Source: Octopus bimaculoides
Lineage: Eukaryota
Direction of reading: 5' to 3'
NCBI RefSeq assembly: GCF_001194135.2
Contig: NC_068988.1
Location: 56,248,310 to 56,295,911, forward strand
Length of the DNA: 47,602 nucleotides
The notes under the pieces were generated by a model. It was not told where the DNA came from, made no database searches, and worked only from the letters and a program-made list of their open reading frames with translations. The position numbers were made by a program, and so were the translations under genes. Positions 1 through 12,119 of this stretch are shown here, piece after piece (the stretch's first letter is position 1; the number at the start of each line of letters is the position of its first letter).

Positions 1-28
1 CCCACACACACACACATATATATGCATA

Positions 29-180
29 CTACAAGCTTCTTTCAGTTTTTGTCTACCAAATCCACTCAGTTGTTGGTCACCCCGAGGCTTTAGTAGAAGA
101 CACTCGCCCAAAGTGCCACGCAATGGAACTGAAACCGGAACTATGTGGTTTTGAAGCTAACTTCTTACAACACAGCCACG
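29..180 (-). mobile_element. SINE family A, 5' half (tRNA-derived head)
   Basis: Reverse-complement match to the family-A head seen at 2248-2464, 28055 and 35397 (gctgtgtggtaag...ccacatggttccgggttcagtcccactgcgt...ttgggcaagtgtcttctactatagcc...gtagacggaaactgaaagaagc). Confidence 0.85.
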
Positions 181-394
181 AGTTTTCTATTTGTAGACAT
201 CAGCTGATATCTCGAATTGAGTTACTTTTTTTTAAATAGTTACAACGGAGGTCTGCTGGCTGTAACCTTCAACAGGTTTCCATAGACGTCCTCGGATGTA
301 ACTGGAACCGTCGCCAGATACTGATGCTAAAATAAAAATTCCTCTTCATTATAATTACCACCATCAGCATCTACATCACCACCTTCTTTTTTAA

Positions 395-428
395 ACCATT
401 ATCGTTGTTGTTGTTGTTGTTGTTGTTG

Positions 429-477
<49 letters not shown>

Positions 478-490
478 CATCATTATCATT
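395..490. repeat. (GTT)n-(ATT)n compound microsatellite
   Basis: Directly visible trinucleotide runs. Confidence 0.95.
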
Positions 491-1770
491 CCGTTAGCGT
501 TGTGACGAATTTTCAAGATTTAAATACGTCAGATATCTGTCGTTATCAATAATAACCATATTAGATTTTTTTTTTGATTTTTACTTTTTTACTATATAGC
601 GGATGGATGATGGCAAATGAGCGGTAAAAATGAATATAACCTGTAAGTTAAGTAGAATGTAGGAGCGATTGTGTGCATATGTATGTGTATGAGAGCGAGT
701 GAAAGAGAAGTCTGCGTATGTGTATGTTTTGTGTGTGTGTTGTGTGCTGTGAGTTGTGTGCGAACAGGTAGTGGGAATGTTGTCTTCACCTGTAATGTCG
801 TTGAGTGTATTTAGAAAAAAAAAAAAAATTCCAACTGTATCGAATAACTAAAATCAAATACGACAAAACGATATTTCTGAAATAGGGGTCAGAGGATTTG
901 TCCCAGTTTCTATGTTAAGATAGATGAAAAAAAAAAAAAAANNNNNNNNNNTTATTGTGAAATATAGACGCAAGTTTTAATTTTCGTGTTTTTCCTTGTG
1001 TTTTTTTTTCTTTTATTTTGGAATGCGAGGATTTTCTATTGTTGTTATTTATCCCCCCCCCCCACTCACCAAGTAAAGTCTGATTGATTAGCAGACCTAT
1101 GATCAAAGATGTTCTAGATATGACCATCCTGTCTGTTTATCTTATAAATCTACGTCTAAATTATTCAAGGTAGAAAGAAAGGTGGTTATTTCAAGGTCAG
1201 GGTGCTATTTTTAGCACATCATGTAACCCCACAGAGGTTCGATGCTGTTGTGGTTGTGATTGTTGTTGCAGTTGTTATAGTTATTGTCATTGTTGTTACA
1301 TTAATCTTTAAAGAAAGGCAACACCGTGCTCTTAAATCAACTAAAATTGAGTTCAAATACCGGGATCGTATTTCTAAATGAATACTCGTTACTTTTCGAT
1401 TTCTGTGAATCGAGAGGAGCGATAAAATGAAGGAAATTATTTAGAATAATAGTAATAATAATAACAACAACAGCATAAAACAAATATGGTTGGTAGAAGG
1501 GAGTCAGGTGGATTTGATGAATTATATTTATCGATCGATTAACTGGATCAGGTAGCAAATATAAAAATAAACACGAATGGGAAAATGCAATAATTAATAA
1601 GCCGCATTCATTTCTATACAAACTTTATTTTTAAAGTTAATAGTTGCTGGTTTGTAACAGACATAGGAAGATAAGGTTGGTAGGTGTGTGGTTTTGTAGG
1701 CTGATATTTACATCCGTCTGTCATTTATTATTATTTTACTTGTTTTTTGTTTGCTTTCTTTTTTTCTTTT

Positions 1771-2230
1771 TGGATCGGAAGCTTCCTGTCAGACCACACC
1801 ATAGCAGTATATATCGACTGAGCTCACGCCGACCCACATTCTATTAACTCTTATGTACTCCTCAAGGTTCAGCAATATCCCCTACACCTTCTCTCCTTTA
1901 CATTAATGACCTACTTACTATTACTTCTGACAACGCACACTCCTCTCCTCACATCATGCGGATAAATATTTCGCCTTTTTACACATGATTCTAACATTAC
2001 TGCGATGTTACTGCGCTTTATTCTTCCTTAACCTGCAATACAATGGCGTCGTCCATATGCGACAAAAACACTTTACGCCAAATATACACAAAATCTTGTG
2101 AAAACTGTCATTGAAAATATCCTCCCATAATAACCTGACAAGATTGTTTCTTTCAAAAGCACAAATTCTCGATCACTTCAGTTATCAAGAAAACTATCTT
2201 GTACATCAAAGTTTTTGATACGAATAACAG
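1771..2230 (+). mobile_element. Decayed CR1/Jockey-group LINE reverse-transcriptase fragment
   Basis: Hand translation from 1771: WIGSFLSDHTIAVYID*...HSINS, frameshift, PQGSAISPTPSLLYINDLL, then a degraded YADD-like stretch (tcatgcggat). This follows the RT pattern WIxSFLSxR...GVPQGSxLSPxLFLLYINDL...YADD. Confidence 0.75.
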
Positions 2231-2247
2231 GCAATTACAAACTCTTA

Positions 2248-2464
2248 GCGTAGGAGTAGCTGTGTGGTAAGTAGCTTGCTTATGAACCACATGGTTCCGG
2301 GTTCAGTCCCACTGCGTGACACCTTGGGCTAGTGTCTTCTAATATAGCCTCGGGCCGACCAAAGCCTTGTGAGTGGATTAGGTAGACGGAAACTGAAAGA
2401 AGCCTGTCGTATATGTATGTATATGTATATATATGTGTGTGGGTGTTTGTGTGTCTGTGTTTGT
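2248..2464 (+). mobile_element. SINE family A, 5' half running into internal (TA)/(TG) microsatellite and a gap
   Basis: A-box-like ggagtagctgtgtggtaag and B-box-like gggttcagtccc; near-identical to the other family-A copies. Confidence 0.9.
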
Positions 2465-3087
2465 NNNNNNNNNNNNNNNNNNNNNNNNNNNNNNNNNNNN
2501 NNNNNNNNNNNNNNNNNNNNNNNNNNNNNNNNNNNNNNNNNNNNNNNNNNNNNNNNNNNNNNNNNNNNNNNNNNNNNNNNNNNNNNNNNNNNNNNNNNNN
2601 NNNNNNNNNNNNNNNNNNNNNNNNNNNNNNNNNNNNNNNNNNNNNNNNNNNNNNNNNNNNNNNNNNNNNNNNNNNNNNNNNNNNNNNNNNNNNNNNNNNN
2701 NNNNNNNNNNNNNNNNNNNNNNNNNNNNNNNNNNNNNNNNNNNNNNNNNNNNNNNNNNNNNNNNNNNNNNNNNNNNNNNNNNNNNNNNNNNNNNNNNNNN
2801 NNNNNNNNNNNNNNNNNNNNNNNNNNNNNNNNNNNNNNNNNNNNNNNNNNNNNNNNNNNNNNNNNNNNNNNNNNNNNNNNNNNNNNNNNNNNNNNNNNNN
2901 NNNNNNNNNNNNNNNNNNNNNNNNNNNNNNNNNNNNNNNNNNNNNNNNNNNNNNNNNNNNNNNNNNNNNNNNNNNNNNNNNNNNNNNNNNNNNNNNNNNN
3001 NNNNNNNNNNNNNNNNNNNNNNNNNNNNNNNNNNNNNNNNNNNNNNNNNNNNNNNNNNNNNNNNNNNNNNNNNNNNNNNNNNNNNNN

Positions 3088-3204
3088 GAGAGAGAGAGAG
3101 AGAGAGAGAGAGAAAGCAAATATTTCAAGCCTGGTTTGTTCCGAATATTCAATAAATCTCAAGTAATATTCGCACTACATTCTGTTCACCTCACTACAAC
3201 TCTC

Positions 3205-3253
<49 letters not shown>

Positions 3254-3300
3254 CCCTCTCTTTATTTCTTTCTTTCTCTCTCCGTCTACTCCTTCGCTCC
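3088..3300. repeat. (GA)n and (CT)n microsatellites
   Basis: Directly visible. Confidence 0.9.
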
Positions 3301-4829
3301 CTTTGGAGCATAAGTCATTGACGACTTTTCTTCCCTGCTCTCGATTCAGGATTGTCTTTTGCTGAGGGAAGAACCCTTCTCCCAGCTCTTGCTGGTTTTT
3401 AATAGACACCAATGCATCTGTAACTTCGTTTCCCTAGGTTAATGGTTTTGCCCCTTTGCAAACCAATTTTTACCTCGGGGATGAGGTAGCTCATATTAAT
3501 CTGGCCTCTATCCTTTGACCTGTCCAGCATGGACAGTATAACCCTGAAGGTTACTGAGGCCCACGAGCCACCACATCAGAAGGAGTAGACCTTGTGGTCG
3601 AAACACCACAATACTCTTAACATTAACATCATCCTACACTAGATCCAAAAGAAGATAATTCGGCTAAAAGTGGATGACTGGATTACCAACAGACTTCAAC
3701 TAATAGCTGATAGCTTTTTCTCTTTTTCTGCCACTGTTAAAACATTTCTACTTCTCTGATGTAGATCAGTTGCATACTAATATGTTCACAGGCCAACTCG
3801 CCTCATTCGTCTTCCTTATTGCCGCTAGTCTAGCTCTGACTCATCTCAATATACCTTGCAATAAAATCACACACTACCGTCTTTAAAAGAAAGGAGGAAC
3901 ACATTGGATTAAATTGTCCTCGATTCAATGATCAGATAAGTAACAAGGTATTTAAATATAACACTAGACACTAAATTGTAAGGAATTAGTTATGCAATAG
4001 TGTATCAACATAAGAGAATTTAGACACCAAAAAGCAAACAGTTTTCGTTTTGTTTTATGCTTTATTTTTACAAATAGCTAACTCTTATAGTTTTATTTCA
4101 GGGGAAACCTTCAGAGATATATAATACTACAGAACCAAATTATGTTGGCTAGTATTTATAATTATTAAGGGAACTCGCTGAGTTTTTTAGTCACTCACTA
4201 TCTATCTTATACTGTACCGCTGTGAGCAAAACGACTAAAATATGGCTACCTTACACAAACGGAATCTAAATCCTGCAAAGTATATCATCAATATCATCTT
4301 GCAATGGAAGATGACCTTCCTTGGAAGGTCACTTAGAATTCGACATTCATCAATCAGCTTATCTGACTGTCTTTAAAAGGTACCATGTCGTGCAGAAATG
4401 TTACCCGACGGACATCGTTCATAGAAGTTAATTTTCCACTTTCCTTCGTAGAAACGAAATCACAGACGTATCCTAACATTTTTGCAACTCATCTAATATT
4501 TGAAGAATTTTGTGACAGTGTTACATTTTTAGAGCTACTAAGTGACAGCTATATTTTTATAGCGTTCAAAACTGTCTTCGTTGATAAATGAGAGTATGGA
4601 TTTACTATTTATATCATATTGCTTCGTCTTTAGAAAAATTTTCCTGTATAGGATCTTCGAATTACCATTGGCCTTCCCTGAGTGAATCAATAATTTTCTT
4701 TTGGAAAGTGACGAAGTTAGTATTGGTGATATCAAACCATCGCAGAGTAGAATGAAAAGTTTCAAAATATTTCTCTTCAGATATTTTCAGAAGAAACCAT
4801 ACTGATTCTCAGGACTTAAAACCTATTAA

Positions 4830-4960
4830 AAACTTATTTAATTTCTTGTTGTTTTTAATCCAAGTGTTCCATATAATCTCAGCGTAGTCTAATCGCAAGG
4901 CAAAATGTAACGAAAAGAGGACAAACTGGACGATATTAGAACATATTTCTCACAAATATA
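4830..4960 (-). mobile_element. Possible L2/CR1-type LINE C-terminal remnant
   Basis: Minus-strand LRLDYAEIIWNT resembles the VRPxL(D/E)YaxxxW motif downstream of RT. Short and degenerate. Confidence 0.3.
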
Positions 4961-5029
4961 ATGGACATTTTGTAAGCCGTACTAATTATAATATTCGATG
5001 ATAGTTCAATGTCACAGTATCACAGTATT

Positions 5030-5290
5030 GACAAGACCATTAGATGCTGTTATACACTGCTGGTCACAATGCGCTTCCAATTCTGTCTTGATTGTGCCAT
5101 TCTTTTCCATCTTGACCCAAACTGCTTGACCAAATCGTTTTTCCACAGAAATAGAAAACCTTCCAAGTGTCCTTTTCTGATCTTTTGGATACCACTCGGC
5201 AGCTTCCTGGGTTTACCTGTTTTCTGCGAACATGTGCTTCCAATATTCTGTTATCACGCCGTTCACCTCGCTTCGTTCTCAAATTATCTC
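5030..5290 (-). mobile_element. RTE-clade LINE 3' end (decayed)
   Basis: Across frameshifts the minus strand reads ...ILEAHVRR... / EAAEWYPKDQKRTLGR / WKNDLVKQFGSRWKRMAQSRQNWKR. This matches the RTE C-terminus GHVaR...EWxPxxxKRxxGRPxxRWxDDl...WxxxAqDRxxW. Confidence 0.7.
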
Positions 5291-5493
5291 ATTTTGAATG
5301 TTGTTCTCTTAATGATACCAATAGCTCATTAAATGATGGGTACTTAAATAAAATTTATATAACTTATCAGATTTTAACTGTACTAAATAAAATTTATATA
5401 ACTATATCAGATTTTACCCTATTGACCTGAAGTTATGGTAATTTTGAAGCAAAATCCATAGCGGATTTATGGAAGAAGCTTATGTTTTCTTCG

Positions 5494-5730
5494 AAGGCGG
5501 TGAGCTGGCAGAAACGTTAGCACGCCGGGCGAAATGCTTATCGGTGCTTCGTCTGACTTTACGTTCTGAATGCAAATTCCGCCTAGGTGGACTTTGCCTT
5601 TCGTCCTTTCGGGGGTCGATGAATTAAGTACCAGTTACGCACTGGGGTCGATGTAATCGACTTAATCCCTTTGTCTGTCCTTGCTTGTCCCCTTTATATT
5701 TAGCCCCTTGTGGGCAATAAAGAAATAAGA
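5494..5730 (+). mobile_element. SINE family B (tail type B2), full length with TSD
   Basis: Head aggcggtgagctggcagaaacgttag and core gcctttcgtcctttcgggggtcgat. The 11-bp direct repeat tatgttttctt lies at 5481-5491 and 5735-5745. Confidence 0.9.
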
Positions 5731-6293
5731 TGCATATGTTTTCTTAAAACATTACTTTAACGTGTTACTATACTAGAGAATTTACAATTGCTTTTACGAA
5801 ACTAATTTAAATTCAAGTATTTTTAAAATATAACTGAAACAGGCTGGAGTGTACTTTAGTTAGAAATATTGCAACAAAAGGTTTCAATCGATATTTTTGA
5901 TCGTTATGAAATACTGGATTAGTTTTTATATTTATTTATTCAACAATCGGGTGATAAAAAAAATATTGTTGCTAATAGAGCGACACATTTTAGATGATAA
6001 ATATTTATAATATTCACTGCGAAGACTGATAGAGTTAAAGCAGAATGGAGACGTAGTCCGAATGCTTGTAATAATCTAAACTCTCAAGGGTTTGGAGGTG
6101 GTGTTAAATCGTATCACACACACACATAATGACAACGTTTTTATCACGACTGCAATCTCAAAATTGTCATTGAGAAGGTATTAATGGTAAAAAAAAAAAT
6201 GAGATATAAGATGGACCATAAATCCACAGCTCTACGAACAACCAAGAAACGTGTGCTCGAACCTTATCTGATGTTTGTTCATATATATATGCA

Positions 6294-6329
<36 letters not shown>

Positions 6330-6671
6330 ATATNNNNNNNNNNNNNNNNNNNNNNNNNNNTATATATATATATATATATATATATTTCTGTCCTATCCCT
6401 TCAATGCTCTACATTTACATACAATATATAAAACGTCGGCCTTGTTTTCTAAGAATGCTTAAACAATACGATATAAACAAGACATAGAAATACAAACGAA
6501 TTGTAAGAAACTAATATGGGGGGAAGTCTGTGGCATTAATAAGAGACACCTGTGGAGAATAAAGAAAAGGCAATTTTGCAATGGAGGTTATGTTTATTAG
6601 ACTACTGACTGACCATCCTAGTTAACTTAGGTAACGTCACTCGTAGGAGTAACGACAGCAACAATAACAAT

Positions 6672-6865
6672 TGTTTCACATTTTCGCAGCAGATTAGGGA
6701 ACAGGATAAGTCGATTACATCGACCCCAGCACACGACTTAGTACTTCATTCTATCGATCCCGAAAGGGATGAGCGGTAACGTGAGAGTTTAAATGTAAGG
6801 AGCTGGAAGAAATGCCGTTAAACATTTTGTCCAACTCGCCAACAATTTTGTTAGCGCACTGCCTT
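6672..6865 (-). mobile_element. SINE family B, degenerate
   Basis: gtcgattacatcgacccc...tatcgatcccgaaaggg core and ...gccttaa head end. Confidence 0.7.
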
Positions 6866-6871
6866 AATAAT

Positions 6872-7089
6872 GGTTTCATATTTTGGCACAAGGCCAGTAG
6901 TTTCGGGGAAGGGGACGAGTCGATTACATCGACCACCAGTTCTTAACTGGTGCTTATTTTATCGACACCCTAAAGAGATGAAAGGCAAAGTCGACCTTGG
7001 TGGTATTTGGACTCAGAACGTAAAGGCGGACAAAATGTCGCTAAACATTTTGCTTGGCGTGCTTAACGATTCTGCCAGCTCGCCAGCTT
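6872..7089 (-). mobile_element. SINE family B (tail type B1)
   Basis: ggcacaaggcc tail, atgaaaggcaaagtcgacc core and ctgccagctcgcc head; tandem with the previous copy. Confidence 0.85.
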
Positions 7090-7173
7090 AATAACATTTA
7101 TAATACTTACTTTATTAAGCACAAAGACTTATACATACAAATAAAATGTTAAAACATGAGGGGGAAGACAAGT

Positions 7174-7223
<50 letters not shown>

Positions 7224-7226
7224 CGC

Positions 7227-7524
7227 TGAGACCCCCTTCGCTCATGACTGACCATGGGATTGCACCTAGAAAGTTACCCTCTCAGGCACGAGTCCAGGCA
7301 AGTCACCTATGCATACCGGCATCCACTCTCCACACCACCAGTGTTATCCAAGGGAAAGGCAAAAGCCGATACAGCTTGGCACATGTGACGTCGCAACTCA
7401 TTTCTACAACTGAGTGAACTGGAACAACGTGAAATAAAGTGTCTTGCTCAAGAACACAACACGCGGCCCGGTCCGGGATTCGAACTCAAAACCTCACGAT
7501 CGTAAGCTCGACGCTCTAACCACT
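7227..7524 (-). mobile_element. SINE family D (tRNA head + central domain M + tail T2)
   Basis: The minus strand reads agtggttagagcgtcgagcttacgatcgtgagg...gagttcgaatcccgg (tRNA-like), then gttgtgttcttgagcaagacactttatttcacgttg...cactcagttgtagaaatgag (central domain), then a distinct tail. Confidence 0.85.
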
Positions 7525-7529
7525 TAGAG

Positions 7530-7571
<42 letters not shown>

Positions 7572-10500
7572 ACTATGCAAAATATGAAGATGCCATACAA
7601 TAAACATTAAAACTTTGCTAAGAATTGAAGGACAAAGATTAAAAATCAAATAATATAAAGATACGTAGAAGTTAAAGCCTGATATAATATAAGCAATGAA
7701 AACAGTAACTGAATTCCCACACATGGGTGAGAATCCATAAGCTTGATCCTATTAGAGTTCCTTATGTTTATGCCTACCTGTGAATGCTTATTTTGAAACT
7801 GGGTCCACACAAAGACACTCATAAGCAATTTTGGGTCGTCTGAGCTAGAGTGCCTCCAACGTCTCCCGGATGTTTCTGTTTTATGTTAAATTATTCATAT
7901 GGTCATCACCAACAACTTATCGTTTGTCTGTCTTTTGGCTATGGGTCCTAAGTTTTGTCTTCTCACACAACACATCTTTATCTTTATCGGTTCTATCGAA
8001 ATCCATCTGTGAGCTGAACATGTTGCTCCACCTCACAGTCATGAATATCACGTCATCCAGTGGATTGGTATTCTCTTCGAGTCTTTAAGACTCCCGTTTC
8101 CTTTCGCTTGTGAACCACCTTTCGTTTCTTTTTCTTTTTCTCTGCAATGATATTCTATTCCTCTCCTCCACCACTTTCAGTGTTCCATTAATGGTTATTG
8201 GAACAACAACAAAACCTGGGACCTGCTATTTTTTCAGATGGTTTTGATATTGTCCGTCACTTTTGCTCTTTGTCTTTCATGTTCCGCGGGGGCAAAATTG
8301 TCTTATATAGATATAGCGATCACAATTAGTTCTAGACTCATTTGCTCATGTTTCTGCGCCAACGACAGGATACAGCTTTGACGAAAATCTATGCTTCAGG
8401 AATATCATAAGAACTATTAATTTTTTTCTCACCTTCGCACTTACCATCCACCCACATTGTACTATAAACCTAGGGCCAATGTCGCTACCACATTCCCTAA
8501 AGGCTGCACTGAGCCATATATAGCGGTTCAGGCGTATGGATAGATGTGTAGCTTCCTCTCTCTGCTTGTTCTTTTACCTCGCTTACGGCCTCGAAAACCA
8601 AGCAAATCTGCCGTCTCTGCTTTGTTCAATGAATACGATACACCCCTATATGTTTCTGAAGGGTTCTTTCAATTTGCTCGGAGAATGCATTCAAAATTTT
8701 CCTTTCTTCATAGAGAAGCAGATGAGTGTCAACTTTCTCTTTGCTAGTTTTTGAACAAACCAACAGGTAAAAAGACAGTGCCTCCTGACAAACTACTGCC
8801 ATTATTGTTTCTCTTACTAGACCTGTCTACACCTAGAATTTCGTTATTGGTCGGTTGCTATATTTGCAAAGCTGTGTGTGCATAGCTGTTTGTTTGTTGT
8901 TGTTGCTATTGTTGTTATTGTTAATCAAGTTGTTAAAATCGTTCTCGTGCCTTTGTTCATTTTCATTTGCCTTTTTTCTTTCTATTTTTCTTTTTACTTT
9001 ATTTTACGCGTGTTTTCGATGCATCTGTGAAAGTTTTTCTTTCAAGGGGTATTTCTTGACTTTCTCTGTTGAATGTCAACTAACAAAATAGAAATACTAA
9101 AAAAGGCATCTGTTTTTCGAACAGATTGGACGAAAATGTAAGAAACAAGCTGTCTACTTTCCTGGAGATAAATCCAATGATCTGGCAAGAAAATATCTTC
9201 AATTTTTTTTTGTTTTCTTTTATTCATAAAGAGGCAATCCATTACGACTGCCAATTTTGGAATGTCATCATGAGAAAATCCAAAAAGGCTTTGTTATAGT
9301 AAAAACAATAATATACGCACACATATCTATACATGCATAAGCCCATACATACATACATACATACATACATACATACATACATACATACATGTATACATGT
9401 ATACATACATACATACATACATACTTCGGGCAAAATATCCGCGTGACATTACGCTTAAATGGAACAAAACTTCAGCACAGACGACAGGTAAAACGCATAG
9501 GTCAAGGAAAGAGACAAGCATGGATATTATTGTTACTCATCTACTGTTGACTGAAGAACTAGCCAGTTTAGACACGTTATCAATAGGATAGCTCGCCTCG
9601 GAGTAGTCGTAGATTTATAACAAATGAACGATGTCATGAAAACAGGGTGCTACGAGAGAGGACAACAAGTTTACGAAAATTTACGAAAATAAGGTACAAT
9701 AAATGTTTAAGCCACGCAAAATTATTAGCTCGTGTGACTAAGACAAAATAGAACACGGGACGAAGTGGCACAGAATATTACACTTTGAAAATTTTCCGAG
9801 TAGAATGGAAAAAACAATAGGGTCACTTGTGAGTATATGTAACGCTAAGACGAAAATTGCTAGCGCAGTCATAGCCGTGAGCTCTTGAANNNNNNNNNNN
9901 NNNNNNNNNNNNNNNNNNNNNNNNNNNNNNNNNNNNNNNNNNNNNNNNNNNNNNNNNNNNNNNNNNNNNNNNNNNNNNNNNNNNNNNNNNNNNNNNNNNN
10001 NNNNNNNNNNNNNNNNNNNNNNNNNNNNNNNNNNNNNNNNNNNNNNNNNNNNNNNNNNNNNNNNNNNNNNNNNNNNNNNNNNNNNNNNNNNNNNNNNNNN
10101 NNNNNNNNNNNNNNNNNNNNNNNNNNNNNNNNNNNNNNNNNNNNNNNNNNNNNNNNNNNNNNNNNNNNNNNNNNNNNNNNNNNNNNNNNNNNNNNNNNNN
10201 NNNNNNNNNNNNNNNNNNNNNNNNNNNNNNNNNNNATATATATGTATATATATATACATTGTATAAATAGCTGAGAACTAAAGACCAGGTCACAAATCCA
10301 AGTTCAACGAAGCGTGCCATAGGCAATAGAATTAGAATTACGGGAAATCAACAAGGCATCATAGAACAAGTTATATCAGACAACGAAAGGGAAGAAGGAG
10401 AATGAACTAGAAAGAGAAGAAAGGAAGAGAGAAAGGACGAGAGACATAGAACAAGTGGGAGAGTTGACAAAAAAAAAAAATAGAGCGGGTGAGAACAGAA

Positions 10501-11727
10501 AAAACAGAAGTGAAGAAATATGAAAGAAATTTTAATGTAGCTAAAATATCAGCGTATGTAACACTCAAATAGGTGGAATATTATGCACAGGTAACAGATA
10601 AAACGCACCGGATAAGAAAAAACATAAAATTGTCTTCTCATGTAGGCAATTTTGACTTGTTATGAGCATGATTGTTGAGTTCAGAGCAACAAAACATTTA
10701 TTATAAGAATTGCTACTAGAGAATAGTATCATGCTGACAATATGTTATGAAACAGGACAACAAGTAAACGAAAATTTATGATAGAACAAATATCTCAGTT
10801 TTACGACGTAGGGAAAAAATCAGTAAAATAGAATTCAGAATTTTTTCTGAAATACATAGCTGGTTTTTCATGAATGCGAGATCTCATCCTCCTCTGAGCA
10901 ATACTTTTACTTGTCTATAAATCAGTTAAAGATGATGAGACAGTTGTTAATTTAATAATTCTCCTACAGGCAAAAAGAGATGCAGACTGTGCCTGCGTAT
11001 GATACTTAAATAGAACTACTTGGAGCTATCCAAGCAAAGTTAGATCTTTCGCTATGGACTGAATATAACTTTGATAACAGGACACAGAGGGTCGACTTTT
11101 GGTAAGTAGTGCATCAAGCTATCCTTTGCGGTTACTTATGTTTTTATCAATGACATATACATGTATATATAGCATACACACATACGCACATTTATATAGA
11201 CACACACGTACCCAATACACACACAACACACATTTGTACTTGGTAACAAGATTAACAAGAAAAGAATATATCAGTTAGTTTTAACGATGTGTGTATGTGT
11301 GTGTATACTTGTGTGAGTATATACATACATACATATATATATANNNNNNNNNNNNNNNNNNNNNNNNNNNNNNNNNNNNNNNNNNNNNNNNNNNNNNNNN
11401 NNNNNNNNNNNNNNNNNNNNNNNNNNNNNNNNNNNNNNNNNNNNNNNNNNNNNNNNNNNNNNNNNNNNNNNNNNNNNNNNNNNNNNNNNNNNNNNNNNNN
11501 NNNNNNNNNNNNNNNNNNNNNNNNNNNNNNNNNNNNNNNNNNNNNNNNNNNNNNNNNNNNNNNNNNNNNNNNNNNNNNNNNNNNNNNNNNNNNNNNNNNN
11601 NNNNNNNNNNNNNNNNNNNNNNNNNNNNNNNNNNNNNNNNNNNNNNNNNNNNNNNNNNNNNNAATGATGTTTTATAAGCTTAAAGCTTATAAGCGATCAC
11701 CGTGTATTGAACAAATAAAATAGTCGA

Positions 11728-12119
11728 CCGTTCTTACTGAAATGGGTTTAAGATATTGATTTCTGATATATAGAGAGAAAGCCACAAATTTAAACGGAAG
11801 GGTATAACCGATTTCATTGAACAAGCGAACTCGAATCCGATTTCCGATTGGCATTTTGTTTTAGTGAACCGTAAAAAACATAAAAATATGAAATACAAAT
11901 ACGACTGTCACTGGATTTGAACTCAAAATATAAATCCTGTGACAGTCGTATTTGTATTTCATATTTTTATGTTTACGGGTCACTAAAACAAAATACCAAT
12001 CGGAAATTGGATACGAGTTCGCTTGTTCAATGAAATCGGTTATACCCTTCCGTTCAAATTTGTGGCTTTCTCTCTCTATGTCAGAAATCAATATCTTATA
12101 CCCATTTCAGTAAGAACGG
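11728..12119. mobile_element. Foldback/MITE-like long inverted repeat (~190-bp arms, 13-nt loop)
   Basis: 11728-11918 is the reverse complement of 11932-12119, with about 9 substitutions and one 3-nt indel by hand alignment. Loop gaactcaaaatat. No TSD recognised. Confidence 0.85.

Noticed and set aside
11861-12091. 76-aa ORF
   Set aside because: It lies wholly within the foldback palindrome and has no protein-like features.
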